Positions 11,050 to 43,831 of a stretch of 64,000 bases of DNA are shown in pieces. The position numbers and the translations under genes are program-made. The notes under the pieces were generated by a model. The model saw nothing but the letters and a program-made list of their open reading frames with translations. It was not told where the DNA came from and ran no database searches. How positions within the stretch are numbered: position 1 is the stretch's first letter; every line of letters begins with the position of its first letter. Source of the stretch: Chrysomallon squamiferum (lineage: Eukaryota; Animalia; Mollusca); NCBI GenBank assembly GCA_012295275.1, contig CM022679.1, positions 20,832,001-20,896,000 on the forward strand, written 5' to 3'.

Positions 11050-12738
11050 CTGTAAAACATTAAATTTCAGCTTTAGTTATTTGTATGTAGCAAGATTAAA
11101 TTTAAAAAGTAAACTTTAGATATTTTGATGTTTTATCAAAATGGATTTTTGGCCTGTTTTGTTTTGTTATTTTGCTAGAGAAATATTATTTAGCCTGCTT
11201 TAACGTTTTCTTTTATTACTAAATACAGATTTATGCAAATGTTTCATATTGTTTTTTAAATATGTACTGTTTCTAATTTTTAATATATATCGGTACCTTG
11301 TGTGTGTGTGTGTGTGTGAAGAATATACATTTATAAACATTTTACTATTGAATCTGTGCAGTGATAATCAATAACATTTATAATTCTAAATTAAAATGGA
11401 ATTTACAATACTTGTGGTATCGGTTTTCAACCGATTTGTATCAAATACAAAATTAAATTTTAATTCAAAGTAGATTGAAGTTAAAGCATTCTTTGTTTCC
11501 TTTAACAAAATTAAATGTAATCTCAAGTTAAGCTTTATAGAAATTTGTCTTTAGTGATTGTATAACAGAAACTAAATAAATATGCATGTAAAAATAGTAT
11601 CATAGTTCTGTGACAAATGGTGGAAAAACATCCATCTTTACCCATCCAAATAACTACAGACACAGATCTTCAATACTTTCAAGACAAAATCTTGTTATTT
11701 ATCTTAAGAAAATATTTGATAATACATTGTATAAAATATTCAGATAAATTTTATATAATTTTTTTAGATTTAATAAACCTTTTTTGCTCATGTAAACATG
11801 TTTTGACATTTTGGAACACTGTTATAAACTGGATATTTTTGAGAATTACTTTAAAGAAACATCAGATATATTTGCCTCTATTATATTAACATATATATCA
11901 GCTGTTCATGTTTTTTATTTTGGATTAAAAAACGTTTTTTTAAAATGTGTGATTTTCTTGATAAATACATACGAGAATAAAGTACTTGTATTTGCTCCTT
12001 CAATGTCAGTCATTTGTTTTATGAAAACTTATTATTCATTGTCTTTGATTTTAACGTCAAGTTGTTTTTCGTTGTATATAATTTTTTCATATTTTTTGTT
12101 TTTTTCAGTTTTCAGTACTAATTTTGCAGTCTTTGCTAAATGAATGAAAATAAGACTACTGTTTGCTGTTCACATTTTGAAATTAACATTTAAGTCATCT
12201 GAGTTCAGTTATTTAAAGGTTTAATGTCTACAAGGAAAAGTACATGCATTTTGTTAGTTATCGAGACTTTTGTTCATTGCCAATAGTCTTCAAAAAAAAA
12301 AATTTTTGTTGTTTTTGTTTTACTTGCCATGAAAAAACCCAGTTATATCATTATAATGCTATCATATATTTACCGATTAAAATATATGTTTAGAAAGTTT
12401 TAAAACCCAACTTAGCAATCAAGTTAATAATTCAGTCAGTATTTATGCTGTGAAATGTTTGTTGTAGAAACTGTTTTATGGTTTGTTAGTTGGTCATGTT
12501 GAGAATAAACATTAAGTCAGTTATAAGAAGCAGTAACTATTTATTATTTCTGTTCTAATTATAAAATATCTGAATTGAATTTTGGTATTAAGCTTTAATT
12601 CACAGTAAAAATAATCGGTTATTTCAATACTGCAGTAATGTGTTACAACTCCTCTTGGGTCAGAAAAACAAATCTATTGCAACAGGTTGTTATAATTCTT
12701 TAATAAAAAAAATAACATACATTGATGATATACTTTAA

Positions 12739-15700
12739 TTAACTATTCTTTTCTTTTTTCTCAATAGGTGAGTTTTGAATCCATGGATAAATTAGATGGC
12801 CAGTTATCATGCTGTGTAATAGTTTCATCATTGAACCTGTCTCATTCTGGCATTCCAACACTGACTCAGTCTTTGTAAGATTCCACAATTTTCTTAATGA
12901 AATATGAGATGTCTGAAACATAAAAAAAAAAAAAAAAAACCCCATTTTATTTCTTAATTTAAAATGGTGGATCATGGTGAATTTCAAACCTGTTCCAATT
13001 AACACAGTTTGAACTCAAACTTTGGTAAGGAGACATAAGGGATCAGGCAAATCTACTTGAATTTCATAAATGTTCAAATATTCAAATTTCAAATATTTAC
13101 TGTGGTTTTCTTATGGATGAATAGCCACACTCTTGCATATTTGGTAATCTAAGTAAATAACAAAATAAATGTCAAGTTCGTGAACTTTTTTTTCTTCTAA
13201 ACTTTGAGGAACTTAATCAGTCCATACAGAAGTGTACTAAATGTACAGTACAAATATTCTACAAAAGCAAAATTCTTAATTCATAAAATTATACATATTA
13301 ATGTTATTTCTGCCAGAAATGTGATGAATATCAATTAAATCACCAGTTCAAAAAATTGTTACCACAAAAAGATAGTAATGAAGTACTGTGTGTGTTTTTT
13401 TTTTTAAATTATCGCCTTTTACTACAGTGTGTAATTGCACACAAACTGATTAACAATGCATGAGAATATTCAATAGATGTGTAAATATTAACTGGCATTT
13501 AAATAGCATGTTTCACACAGTATATTCATTTGTGAGCAAAACAAACATCAGTCAGTGAACTTTATCACTTAACTACAGAAGTTCATTTAAGTCTGTCATC
13601 AATTATGTATTATATAAAGCTACCATAAAATGCACAGAGTATCCAAGCTGGCATATTTTGTTGTATTTAATCAATGTCCCATTCTTCTATAGTTACCAAG
13701 GGAACAATAGCTTGACCATTCAGCACTTGGATTTTTCAAAGGCTAACTTCTAATATATCGGTGTTTGATTATTCAAAGGTCATTATTACTAATTAACACT
13801 AACTTATATAGGAGCTCAACTGGACCATACTTTCAGCTTGACAGATCAAGGTTCTGATGAAATCACTGCTCAAATTATCCAAGTTTGTCTGTGTAATTAC
13901 ACACTGATAATTACTACTTAAAATTCATACATCTGTATACTTCTAATACATATACTCACACACACATACACACACATTATGAGACCTATTAAAATTATTT
14001 TGGACTGTTATAGAGTTAATAAAAATTAACATACCTGCATTGTAAAGATTAATGAACTTTCCATACAAGAATTTGGAACTACTGTAAATCTGACATCACC
14101 TGTAAAATAATTAAATAGGAATATATTACCAAATATATATTGTTTAGCAAAAAACTGTGTACCAAATAGTTCATTCAAATGTGGATCACATCATCTTATT
14201 TTTGATCAGATAATATAATATGAAAAGGGATTTCCTCACTCCTGCATTTAACATTAAAACAGGGTACAAAATTAAAACGAGCCTTTGTAATACAGTGTTA
14301 TGTAAGAGTTATATGAAAATACAAGCATAAATGTTAAGCAGCCAATTAAATTCATGTTTCTGCTTTATTTTCTTGAAAAATGTCTTGCACCACTAAATTT
14401 CTTTGAAAGAGCAGCATAATTAATTTAAAATTTGTAAATGATATTTGACAGATAATTATTTTATTAATACTCACCTGTTACAGCTTTAGATCTGATTATC
14501 CAGAGGAAAAGAGTGAAAACTGGTGCTGTTATGATTACTCTGACACAAAATGACAGCACAGTTTTGACAAACAAAACTGCAAGTCTCAACTGAAATTATG
14601 CAAATTAACCACTATTAACAAATTACCTTTTCAAAATCTTATAATTTTAACGCATGAAACACTCCCCAAAAGTATAAATGATATCCTCACAAAAAACCCC
14701 ATCCAAACAAGAAACCACTATTAAACAAAAAAAAGAAATCTAAAAATGTAAAGAATTTTATTGATATTTAAAAACATAAGAATTTTTTCATGTATCAGTA
14801 ACAGCTGATATATCACAGACAAGTACAAGTCAGCTATCTGTTATCTATTTATTTCTCTATTTATTTGCACTGAAATCATTCAATAAATCTTATCACATGT
14901 ATCAATTTATTACCCACCACAAGGAACACTGTGTAGTAAAGAAGCATAGTTGGCAACAAAAACAAAAGTATTGTGAAGAATAAGGTTCCAATGAAAAGCT
15001 GGTCAATGTCATACGATACTGAATCAACACGGGTTCGAAGAACATTCCATTTCTTCCCTCGAAATAAACGCCATAAAGATGCCAGTGCAAACACTTGGAG
15101 ACTGTACAATCTGAATAACAGGATACATATTTCATAATTATAACGTTATTAAATCCTCTTTGTTGTTAATGAGTATCTTTTTTAAAAAAATGATTAAAAT
15201 TATTTTGTTTTCTAAAATTAAAAAAATCAGGATTTCTCTCTTCATCTAAAAATCTCAATTTATTAAATAAAACTAATGGAAGATCCCTGAATTATTTAAA
15301 CACTGCTAAACATTATACATATCCCTATGCTTTGATCTGCTTGACAATCTTGTATCTTGCTCTTTTCTTTGTCAGCATGCATGACACATGTTGCAGGCAT
15401 GATTCACATTGCTTTTATTAAAAGAAAAATAGCTAATAACTCACCTAGCAGCATATACATAGAAACAATAGATATGTAAAGTGAGCATGGAGAATATATC
15501 TTGTACTAGACACAGCTGCATAGAAAATCCCATCAATCCCAGAGTGCTGCTGTAATACAAAATATTCCCAAGAACAGGACGTAGAACAGACAGATAACCT
15601 GAAACAGAGTAATTACCACCATGAACTTTAAACTGTCCAGTTTAACTAATAAGTTAAATATTTTCTGTTTAACTAATAATAAAAATAATAATGCCAAAAA

Positions 15701-18143
15701 GATATCAAAATCAAATCAGAAAAACAAAAAATATTTCATTATTAACAAATTTGAATTTATCATTTATTAGCATTAAAAATTCAGAAAATGATTCTGTTCC
15801 TTTCATCCTGCTTGATACAATTATTAATTTAAAATAAATAAATAAACAAAAATAAAATGTTAACCTAACTGATGTAGTAATACCTGCCCACAGATATATG
15901 TGATAAAGGAAAAAATGTCCTAGAAAACGAGTTAGTTGTGAGTTCAGTTTCAAACCAGCAGGGGCACCCATCAGCCAGTTTATTAAGTTTGTAAGTGACC
16001 TTCCAACTTCCTGCAATAAACATTGAATAAAAATGTGTGTGTGTATTCAAAAAAACAACAACAACATCAAACTGAATACTAATTTAAATAAAAGTAAAAA
16101 AAAATATTTTTAAGAATTACAATTTCTCATTCAACAATATACTGACTGTTTTAATGTCATTTAAAACTATATATCATCTTTTTGTAAAATTAATCTTGAC
16201 TTAAAACCAAGAGACATTTGTATTTATAAACAATTTACTTGATTTATTCTAAAATTTAATTTTCATACCATTTTTAAATACGGAAAAGGTGTAATACTGA
16301 GAAAAATACAAGCACATTTCAACTAACTGTGATATCAGATACATGCATTTAGGCGGACAACTGTGAGTCTGTTTGTCTGTAATACTGAATTTGTACTCAG
16401 CCATTACGAATTTACCTTAATTAGAAATAATAATAAATGTTTATGAATATTTAAAATTCACTTTAACTCCATACCAAAGAATTTAGAGTTTAAAACTGGT
16501 TTCTATCTGCTGTTTATTAAAATTAAATTTTTTCTTTTTTTAAAAACAGAACTTACATCTGCCCAGTTGATTAAAAAGTCAGCAAATGTAGCTGCCATTC
16601 CTTCCTGCATCATGAAAACCATCAAAACAACACCTAACATTGTATCTATTAGTTGCTGCCAGCAGACATCAGCAAAACTGAAAAATATTTTCATTACTTT
16701 TTTATTTACATATTACCTTTTAAGAAAATAATTTGTTCGCTTTATAGGCAAAATGTGTTCCAAAACACGACAAAATTAATTCTGACCCAAATATAAAATA
16801 TTATCTTTAAAAACTATTTAAATACTACTGCAATACACAGTATTGAATGTTTTTAAATGAAACTGAAACTGAAATACAGGAAAGGCTGACACTGAATAAT
16901 GATTAGTTTCTGCATCAAGCAATTAAGTTAAGATTTAATGCTTTCATGAATGCCTTGAAATGATAGTATCAATTCTGATACTGAAGCAGACAATGATCTG
17001 ATTATAAGGATTATACAAAATGTTTTATGGAAAGGTTAAATTATTCAAGCCAATGTTTACACATTAAAAGATACTCACAATAATTTATTTAATGGAGTGC
17101 TGACAGATGTAAAAGCTGTGTTCATTTTTTTTCTTTGGTGATACTTTACTTGAAGCTGATGAGTCAACATGGGTACATCAGTCCAGTAAGCTAGCAAAGA
17201 ATGGTTTCTAAAACTGGAGAAAAAAGAAGAAACAATTCCTTTGAAAAATAAGCTTTATTTGGTATTGTTATAGGTATTTAAGATAAAGTTGGGAGAAAAC
17301 TGAATGAGAAAAAAAAATATAATAATTCCCAGAAAAAAAAACTTATTATATATTTTTTTTCCATTCTTAAATGATTTATTTGTTTGGTAATTTATCTTAT
17401 GCAAAATATAAAGCATTGGTATTTAGTGTTTAAAAAATTACTTACAGGTTATCCAACATTCCACCAATATACAGCAGAATTCCTGAGAAGCACTGAATAA
17501 TGTAACAAAACCATTTTGATAACCAAGACAGCCAGAATCCACGGCTTTTTGTCCATGTGATACAATGATCACAATTTTTCTCTAATGTTATAAAATTCTT
17601 GAACATATATAAAGTGGAAACTAAACCTGAAACAGTTTCAGTGGATTCAAGAGAAGAGATCTGTAATTTTTCCAAATTCAGTGGCTTGAAAATCTCCATA
17701 GAACTTTCCTTGGAATCATTTGATTTATTTTGTTCAAGAAGATTCTTTGATTTATTGCAAATAATATAGGATGACAAAATATCTGTTGGATTATAAAGAA
17801 TCAAATGGCATTTTAGTTTAACTTTCCTCCCTTTTTGAAATTTGTAAAAGCAACATGAGAATATTCTGGAACTTTTCTCTTGCATAACAAGCCAGAACTT
17901 GAAGCTTTTATCATCTGTTAATAAAGGTGTAATGTTTTGATCATGTTTGCTTCTATATTCTGTGTTTGATGTGTGCCAGGTTCCAATAACTTGAAGTGGA
18001 GGCAGTACTAGTGGTTTTTGTTCCTCTGTGTTCATGCAGTGTGCATATACACATCTTATTCCCTCATGAATGTAACCAATGAAGTAACCACAATGTACTG
18101 ACAGAAGTTGATAAGGAACAAAAACTTTCCAGATATCTGACAT
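12739..18143 (-). CDS. PIGQ: Phosphatidylinositol N-acetylglucosaminyltransferase subunit Q (GPI1), ~593 aa
   Basis: Nine phase-consistent exons (minus strand): 18143-17446, 17213-17079, 16677-16557, 16010-15884, 15598-15445, 15110-14918, 14589-14475, 14099-14035, 12912-12739 (1782 nt). Gpi1 motifs [70 protein letters not shown]. Acceptor at 18152 and a candidate 5'UTR-exon donor at 18570. Confidence 0.95.
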
Positions 18144-18570
18144 GCTTCTTCCTGAAATTAAAAAAAAAAAATTAAATAATAATAATAATAATAATTAAAA
18201 TAAGCAATAAAATCTTTTGAAAGTTTTAATCAATTCCCCTACCTGGTTCACATTAATGGATAAACTGAAGTAGATGATTCAACTTACAGTTATAATGCTA
18301 TTATTACTGTTTTTGTTTTCAACAATTACATTTATAATTCATTAAATTACAAATGTTTTATTAAAAAGTCATAAATTATTAAATATATTATGAATGTATA
18401 ATTTAATTCTGTAGTCTATAAAATTAGAAAGTATAATCAAATCATTATAAGTAAGTTATAACACTATTAAACTAACACTAAGTATAATGAGTATTACAGT
18501 ATTAGTATAAGACGTCACAAGGAGTTGAGGACATGAGAATCTTTTACACTGTAAATTGCAGCGCACTTAC

Positions 18571-18733
18571 TGACATTAATTTATAAAATCCTCCATAAAA
18601 TTATTTATGGTCCTTTTTCTTAGGTTGGAGGATAATGAGAATCATCGACTGACTGAAGACAGATCTGAGATCGCTAATGTCATGATTATATTTCCGGTTG
18701 ATGCATACACTGATACAGCAAGCACTTTTCAAA

Positions 18734-18740
<7 letters not shown>
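18571..18740. promoter_or_regulatory. Compact bidirectional promoter PIGQ/TBCD
   Basis: The putative PIGQ non-coding exon donor (minus-strand GTAAGT at 18570-18565) lies ~165 bp from the TBCD ATG (18734). Contains ETS-like TTCCGG (~18692) and YY1-like CAAAATGGCT over the ATG. Confidence 0.6.
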
Positions 18741-39008
<20,268 letters not shown>

Positions 39009-39053
39009 ATGAAGTTACATATGGAACTGACCACTTGAATTTTGGTAGTAGCA

Positions 39054-39059
39054 AATAAA
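39054..39059 (+). terminator. Candidate TBCD polyadenylation signal
   Basis: AATAAA 45 nt after TGA at 39006-39008. Confidence 0.35.
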
Positions 39060-40480
39060 ATGTGGCTTTATGCTTTAGTAATGTTTACATTAATATGCAT
39101 TTCTTAGATTTTACTGTTAAAAATAAAAATGGAATTTATTTATTGTTATCTTCAAGCCAGAACAGTTGAATTAAATTTTCTTTCACTATTAATTTAAGTG
39201 TTTCAAACTTTGAACAATTTTCTGAAAAACTGTTTCAGTTATTACTTTTACCAGAGATATTGTCAATTTCAGAAATAAAATTGATAAATACTTTAACAAT
39301 TATTTATATACATTTTCTAATTTACTTGTTTTTACGAAGATTACTCACACTTTAAATGAAGCCTTTTGTATTGTCAATGTATGTATTTGTACAAGACATT
39401 GTTGTAACTGTTGGGCAAGCTTAATTAAAAATAAAGTATGACATCAAAATTACTCTTTGAAATGTTTAACAACTCAGGCAGTTACTGCTCTATCAAAGAT
39501 AAAGACTGTGAAAATTAATCACAGATAACACAGCTTGATTCACTAATCTAGAAACAAAACCGTAACATACAAGTTACAAGCATAGGCCAGTGGTTCTTAC
39601 ATATTTTGGTCGGTTTACACAGGCAAAAATGATTGAGAGTTTTTGTTTTCGTATCTTACATTTATTGATGTATTAAAAAACAAAATTAAGACATATAAAA
39701 TCTTGTAATGTCTTGGCATTGTTATTAAAATAGTTCTGAACTAACATACTTATTTGGGGCATTTATCCAGGTATACATTAATAATATTGTTCTCATTTAT
39801 TTATTTTTGTTATAAAGAATGGAAAGGAAAAAAGCAATAAAAGAGGTCTTACTCAGATAGTGGGTTTTTTCTTTGTGAATATGAAACATTATATAATTCA
39901 GACATAATTAATTTTCAGTCTGTTAGTAACAAGTAATATTTTAGATGTATTCCCACAGAAAGAAAGCATTTAGAAGTTCAGTTAGTGCAGCTTTGCTGGA
40001 ATGGGATAAAAATCTGTGGGTTACTCCCACCAGTTATCAGATTAGTGTTCTGAAGTGCTTTCCACTCCTGGGGAAATCTAAGATCCTGTAATTAACATTT
40101 AAAATAATAATAGCAAACAGGCAGAACTTGTATTTATTACAATGTGTGAAAATCTGTATTACATTTTTACAGTACTATTTTTTTGGGGGGTTTAAGTTTA
40201 TAATTTTGATGAAAATAATTTAAATTTTGTTCATTATATTTTACTTGTAACAGTTCTGAAAACAACAACAAACAAACAAAAAACACATTTATTCTAGGCA
40301 AAATTGTTGCCAGATAAGAAATGAGAGATGAAATATGCTGACATATCACCTCTGCCTTCTATCTGTTAACAGCAAGAAATTGTTTATTCACATATTCTCA
40401 CAGTAAAAACAAACCCCTGAATATTCATCATCTACTCCACTCTTCCACCTTGAACTATTAGCTATAAGCCAACCCTTATT

Positions 40481-40973
40481 AATTTTATGATGTCATCCTA
40501 TTTATCCAATGATGACTGTCATAGTTCTATGATGTCATCCTATTTATCCAGCGATGGTTGTTAGAATTCTATGATGTCATCCTATTTATCCAGCGATGGT
40601 TGTTAGAATTCTATGATGTCATCCTATTATCCAGCGATGGTTGTTAGAATTCTATGATGTCATCCTATTATCCAGCTATGGTTGTTAGAATTCTATGATG
40701 TCATCCTATTTATCCAGCGATGGTTGTTAGAATTCTATGATGTCATCCTATTTATCCAGCGATGGTTGTTAGAATTCTATGATGTCATCCTATTATCCAG
40801 CGAAAGTTGTTTTAATTCTATGATGTCATCCTATTATCCAGTGATGGTTGTTAGAATTCTATGATGTCGTTTATAGNATCCTATTATCCAGTGATGGTTG
40901 TTAGAATTCTATGATGTCATCCTATTATCCAGTGATGGTTGTTAGAATTCTATGATGCCATACTATTTATCCA
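40481..40973 (-). repeat. 41/42-bp minisatellite (~12 copies) overlapping the RPP21 stop codon and 3'UTR; contains an N at 40877
   Basis: Unit (+) ttctatgatgtcatcctat(t)tatccagcgatggttgttagaa; tatgatg starts at 40486, 40528, 40570, 40612, 40653, 40694, 40736, 40778, 40819, 40860, 40910, 40951. Confidence 0.97.
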
Positions 40974-42835
40974 AAGTTGATCATGTTTCTTCCAAAAAAA
41001 GGTTTTTGTTGATGCACATTCAATACAAGTAACAACTGTATGTTTTCCTCCTTTACCTAAAACAAGAAAAAAGCAAGATTTAAGTTGGTTGTTTTGACAG
41101 ATACACTGTTATGAGGATATTTAAAAGCTATTTGTTTCTATTTATTAGACATTTTTATTCATTTTTTTATTTTTTTTTTTTTTATTTTTTACATGCCTAC
41201 TTATTTTTCTTTAAACAGAACAATTTTCATTTAAGTTTCTTTGTGATCACTGGCAATTTGTTAAACAATTAAACCATGAATTTGTTAATTTTAGTAGGTC
41301 CAGCATACAACTTTCATTTAAATTATGCCCATCATTTTAATTTTAATTTTTTTTTTTACACTTTACCTTTATGTCTAACTTTTGCTGTGACTCCTGGTTT
41401 CAGAATGACACAGCATTTTTTACATATAGTACGCTTCATATCTGGATGTCTGTGAAAAAAACCAAATTGTTTTTTGTTTTATTAATATGTTCCTTCACAC
41501 AAATGAAATTGAAGAGTAAAAATTAAAGAATCGATTTATTACAAATAATAATAATAATAAAATTATTTATTGATAAAGTGCCATCAAATTATATGATTAT
41601 AATTTTATTTAATTCATACTGTTTTCACATATGAAAAGAAAAAGCAAGGACAAATGTACTGACAATTAATAATTAATCTGTTTTAACTAAAATGCTCTAA
41701 CATGCACATTTATCCTCATCCTTTACCCTAAAAAGATAGACATTGTGAAATATGTTTATATCTGAATATGTAAAACAAATTAAGTAACACTGCATAAAAA
41801 GGAACATTATTATTGCAAGTCCAAAGATGGTTGTCATTATCTCATATGTCATCCTATTTATTCAAGGATGATTATCACAATTCTAAGGTATATCCAGACA
41901 AACATAAATCCAAAATAACCACTAATTAAAATGAAAAAGAAAAAAAACAAAGAAATACCAAAGTTAAACTTACAGTCTAAGGACAAGTCGATGGGCAATG
42001 TGTTTAAGAGTTTTCACATAATATCGACACAAACCCACATCAGATGGTGACATTATCAAACTATGACATGCAGCCTGCAAAGATATTTTTAAAACAATTT
42101 TCTTTTTATTTATTTACAGTTAATTAAAAACAAAGCTGAAAATAAATGATAATGAAGTTCAGAATTAGAGCTATCAAACTTTTAAAAACAAATTAACCAA
42201 AATTTTAAAAACGATTGTGTGTGTGTGTGTGTGTATAGAGAGAGGTTATAACTAAGTTGTTTTCAGAAGATATTTTACTTTATGTGATTTTATTCCTATT
42301 CACAACATTTTTGTTTTAATGAATGAATGAATGACATCTATTAGCTGTCATAAAAAGATAAATATACAAACAAGGCAGTTAATCTGTTTACAGTTTAAAT
42401 TAAAATTAAATGTACAAAAAGACATTGCAGTTACTGAGGCAAGTAAATGAAATATAAACTGTGTGTGTATTGCTGCTTTAAATATTATCATGTACAATGT
42501 ATTTTGTTTTAATGACCACACTAAACAAAGTCACACAAAAAGTTAAATATTACTAAGTGTCAGATTCGCATTTTCTTGTAATAAAAGGAAAAGCCTGTAA
42601 ATCAAAGCATCAGATACTGTACTGGTAACCTGATGGGGTCGAACATTTTACGTGAAAATAAAATAGGAAATTGTATCAAAGCCTTTGGCAAATTAGATAT
42701 GGGAATAGTATGTGCATCAGTCATATTTTAACTCATTACATTAATGACATAATATTAAATATTTACCTGATACAGAAAATTTATCCTTTGATAGATTTCT
42801 CCATTCTTAATTCTGGTTTGGGTTCCTGAATTCAT
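40950..42835 (-). CDS. RPP21: Ribonuclease P protein subunit p21 (Rpr2 family), 119 aa
   Basis: Not in the ORF track. Exons (minus): 42835-42767 MNSGTQTRIKNGEIYQRINFLYQ; 42074-41974 AACHSLIMSPSDVGLCRYYVKTLKHIAHRLVLRL; 41449-41367 HPDMKRTICKKCCVILKPGVTAKVRHK; 41056-40950 GKGGKHTVVTCIECASTKTFFWKKHDQLWINSMAS*. All GT-AG, phases consistent (360 nt). QR.NFLYQAA, KRT.C..C and C..C zinc-ribbon motifs of Rpr2/Rpp21. Confidence 0.93.
42560..42720 (-). mobile_element. Decayed LINE reverse-transcriptase fragment in RPP21 intron
   Basis: Minus strand reads ...FAKGFDTIS... and ...QAFL...RKMRI across stops and frameshifts, resembling the D-F-x-K-A-F-D and W-I-x-x-F-L-x-x-R motifs of non-LTR RTs. Confidence 0.4.
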
Positions 42836-42957
42836 CTTCACTGAGCCTTTATTACTGTTATACACAATAATTATTATCATGGTTAGAAAAAGAAAAATGT
42901 ATAAAAAATATATAATAAATCAGTAAATAATACTATGGAAATGAGCAATAAGCCTAA

Positions 42958-42961
<4 letters not shown>

Positions 42962-43020
<59 letters not shown>
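42962..43020. repeat. (GA)n microsatellite
   Basis: Directly visible. Confidence 0.95.
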
Positions 43021-43022
<2 letters not shown>

Positions 43023-43149
43023 GATTAAATTCATATTTTAAAGTTTAATGGAGAAGTACAGTATATAAATTAATATGTGAATATTAATAAGATGCAAAAA
43101 ACAAAACAACAACAACAATCAATTCTGTTTGGGGAGACAGTTTTTATTA

Positions 43150-43195
<46 letters not shown>

Positions 43196-43299
43196 TATTT
43201 ATTTATTTTATTTTATTATTTTTTTTCATTATTTGTTTTTTAGTTGCATCTTGACTTATCCTACTTAACTTCTCAAGTTTTAAGACGTAAGAATTTGTG

Positions 43300-43830
43300 T
43301 GAGGTATTTAAGAGGACGCCAATCGTTCCAAAAGAACGGACGTACGCAGTCACATATACACCACTACTGCACATAAAAAAATATAATAAAATTAAAATTA
43401 AATTAAAATTAAATTAAACCAAACATAAAACTTAAACCTGTGCCATACTAATCACGAATTACCTCTCAACACGTGACTTAAACTTAAAGTTAAGGGGAAG
43501 TTACTCTATTTAGAGAAAAAGAAAAGACAACACCTAACAATGTTAGTAACATTTTTACGATTATTTGATGATCTTTAATTATCATCTTTTTGTGATACAA
43601 TATAACAGACAAACTACAATTATATTTCGTTACGATCCGATATGCTGGACGCTCCCTTGTGTCCTGCAATCGTAACGAGAACCCACTCTCTATTCTTACC
43701 CAAAACTCTTTTCTGCGACGGACACCTGTCAGAAAGCGTGCCCGTCGTAGACGTGCTTCACAACAGCTTGCTGTAATTAGCACGTTAATTTTTTTCACTT
43801 CACTTCATTACATTTCAGATGTTACTGTAA
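43300..43830. promoter_or_regulatory. Putative bidirectional promoter / 5'UTR region RPP21-DXO
   Basis: Local CpG enrichment against a CpG-poor background; minus-strand donor candidate at 43462 (gagag|gtaatt) for an RPP21 UTR exon; plus-strand acceptor at 43818 just before the DXO ATG. The two ATGs are 997 bp apart. Confidence 0.55.
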
Positions 43831-43831
43831 T

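Noticed and set aside
11617-12143. ORFs between the PARP12-like gene and PIGQ
   Set aside because: Low-complexity AT-rich 3'UTR/intergenic sequence with no motifs or splice support.
40481-40973. CRISPR-like appearance of the regular 41/42-bp repeat, and ORF 40682..40864
   Set aside because: No unique spacers, no cas genes, eukaryotic context; the ORF is just the repeat translated.
42555-42750. Possible snoRNA (CTGA box, catcag..ctgatg hairpin) in an RPP21 intron
   Set aside because: No proper C box or H/ACA spacing; better explained as a decayed LINE RT fragment.
41050-42860. Spliced antisense lncRNA or snoRNA host gene
   Set aside because: The exons translate into intact RPP21.
43490-43798. 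102-aa minus-strand ORF
   Set aside because: Non-ATG start, no recognisable motif, and it lies in the CpG-rich promoter region.
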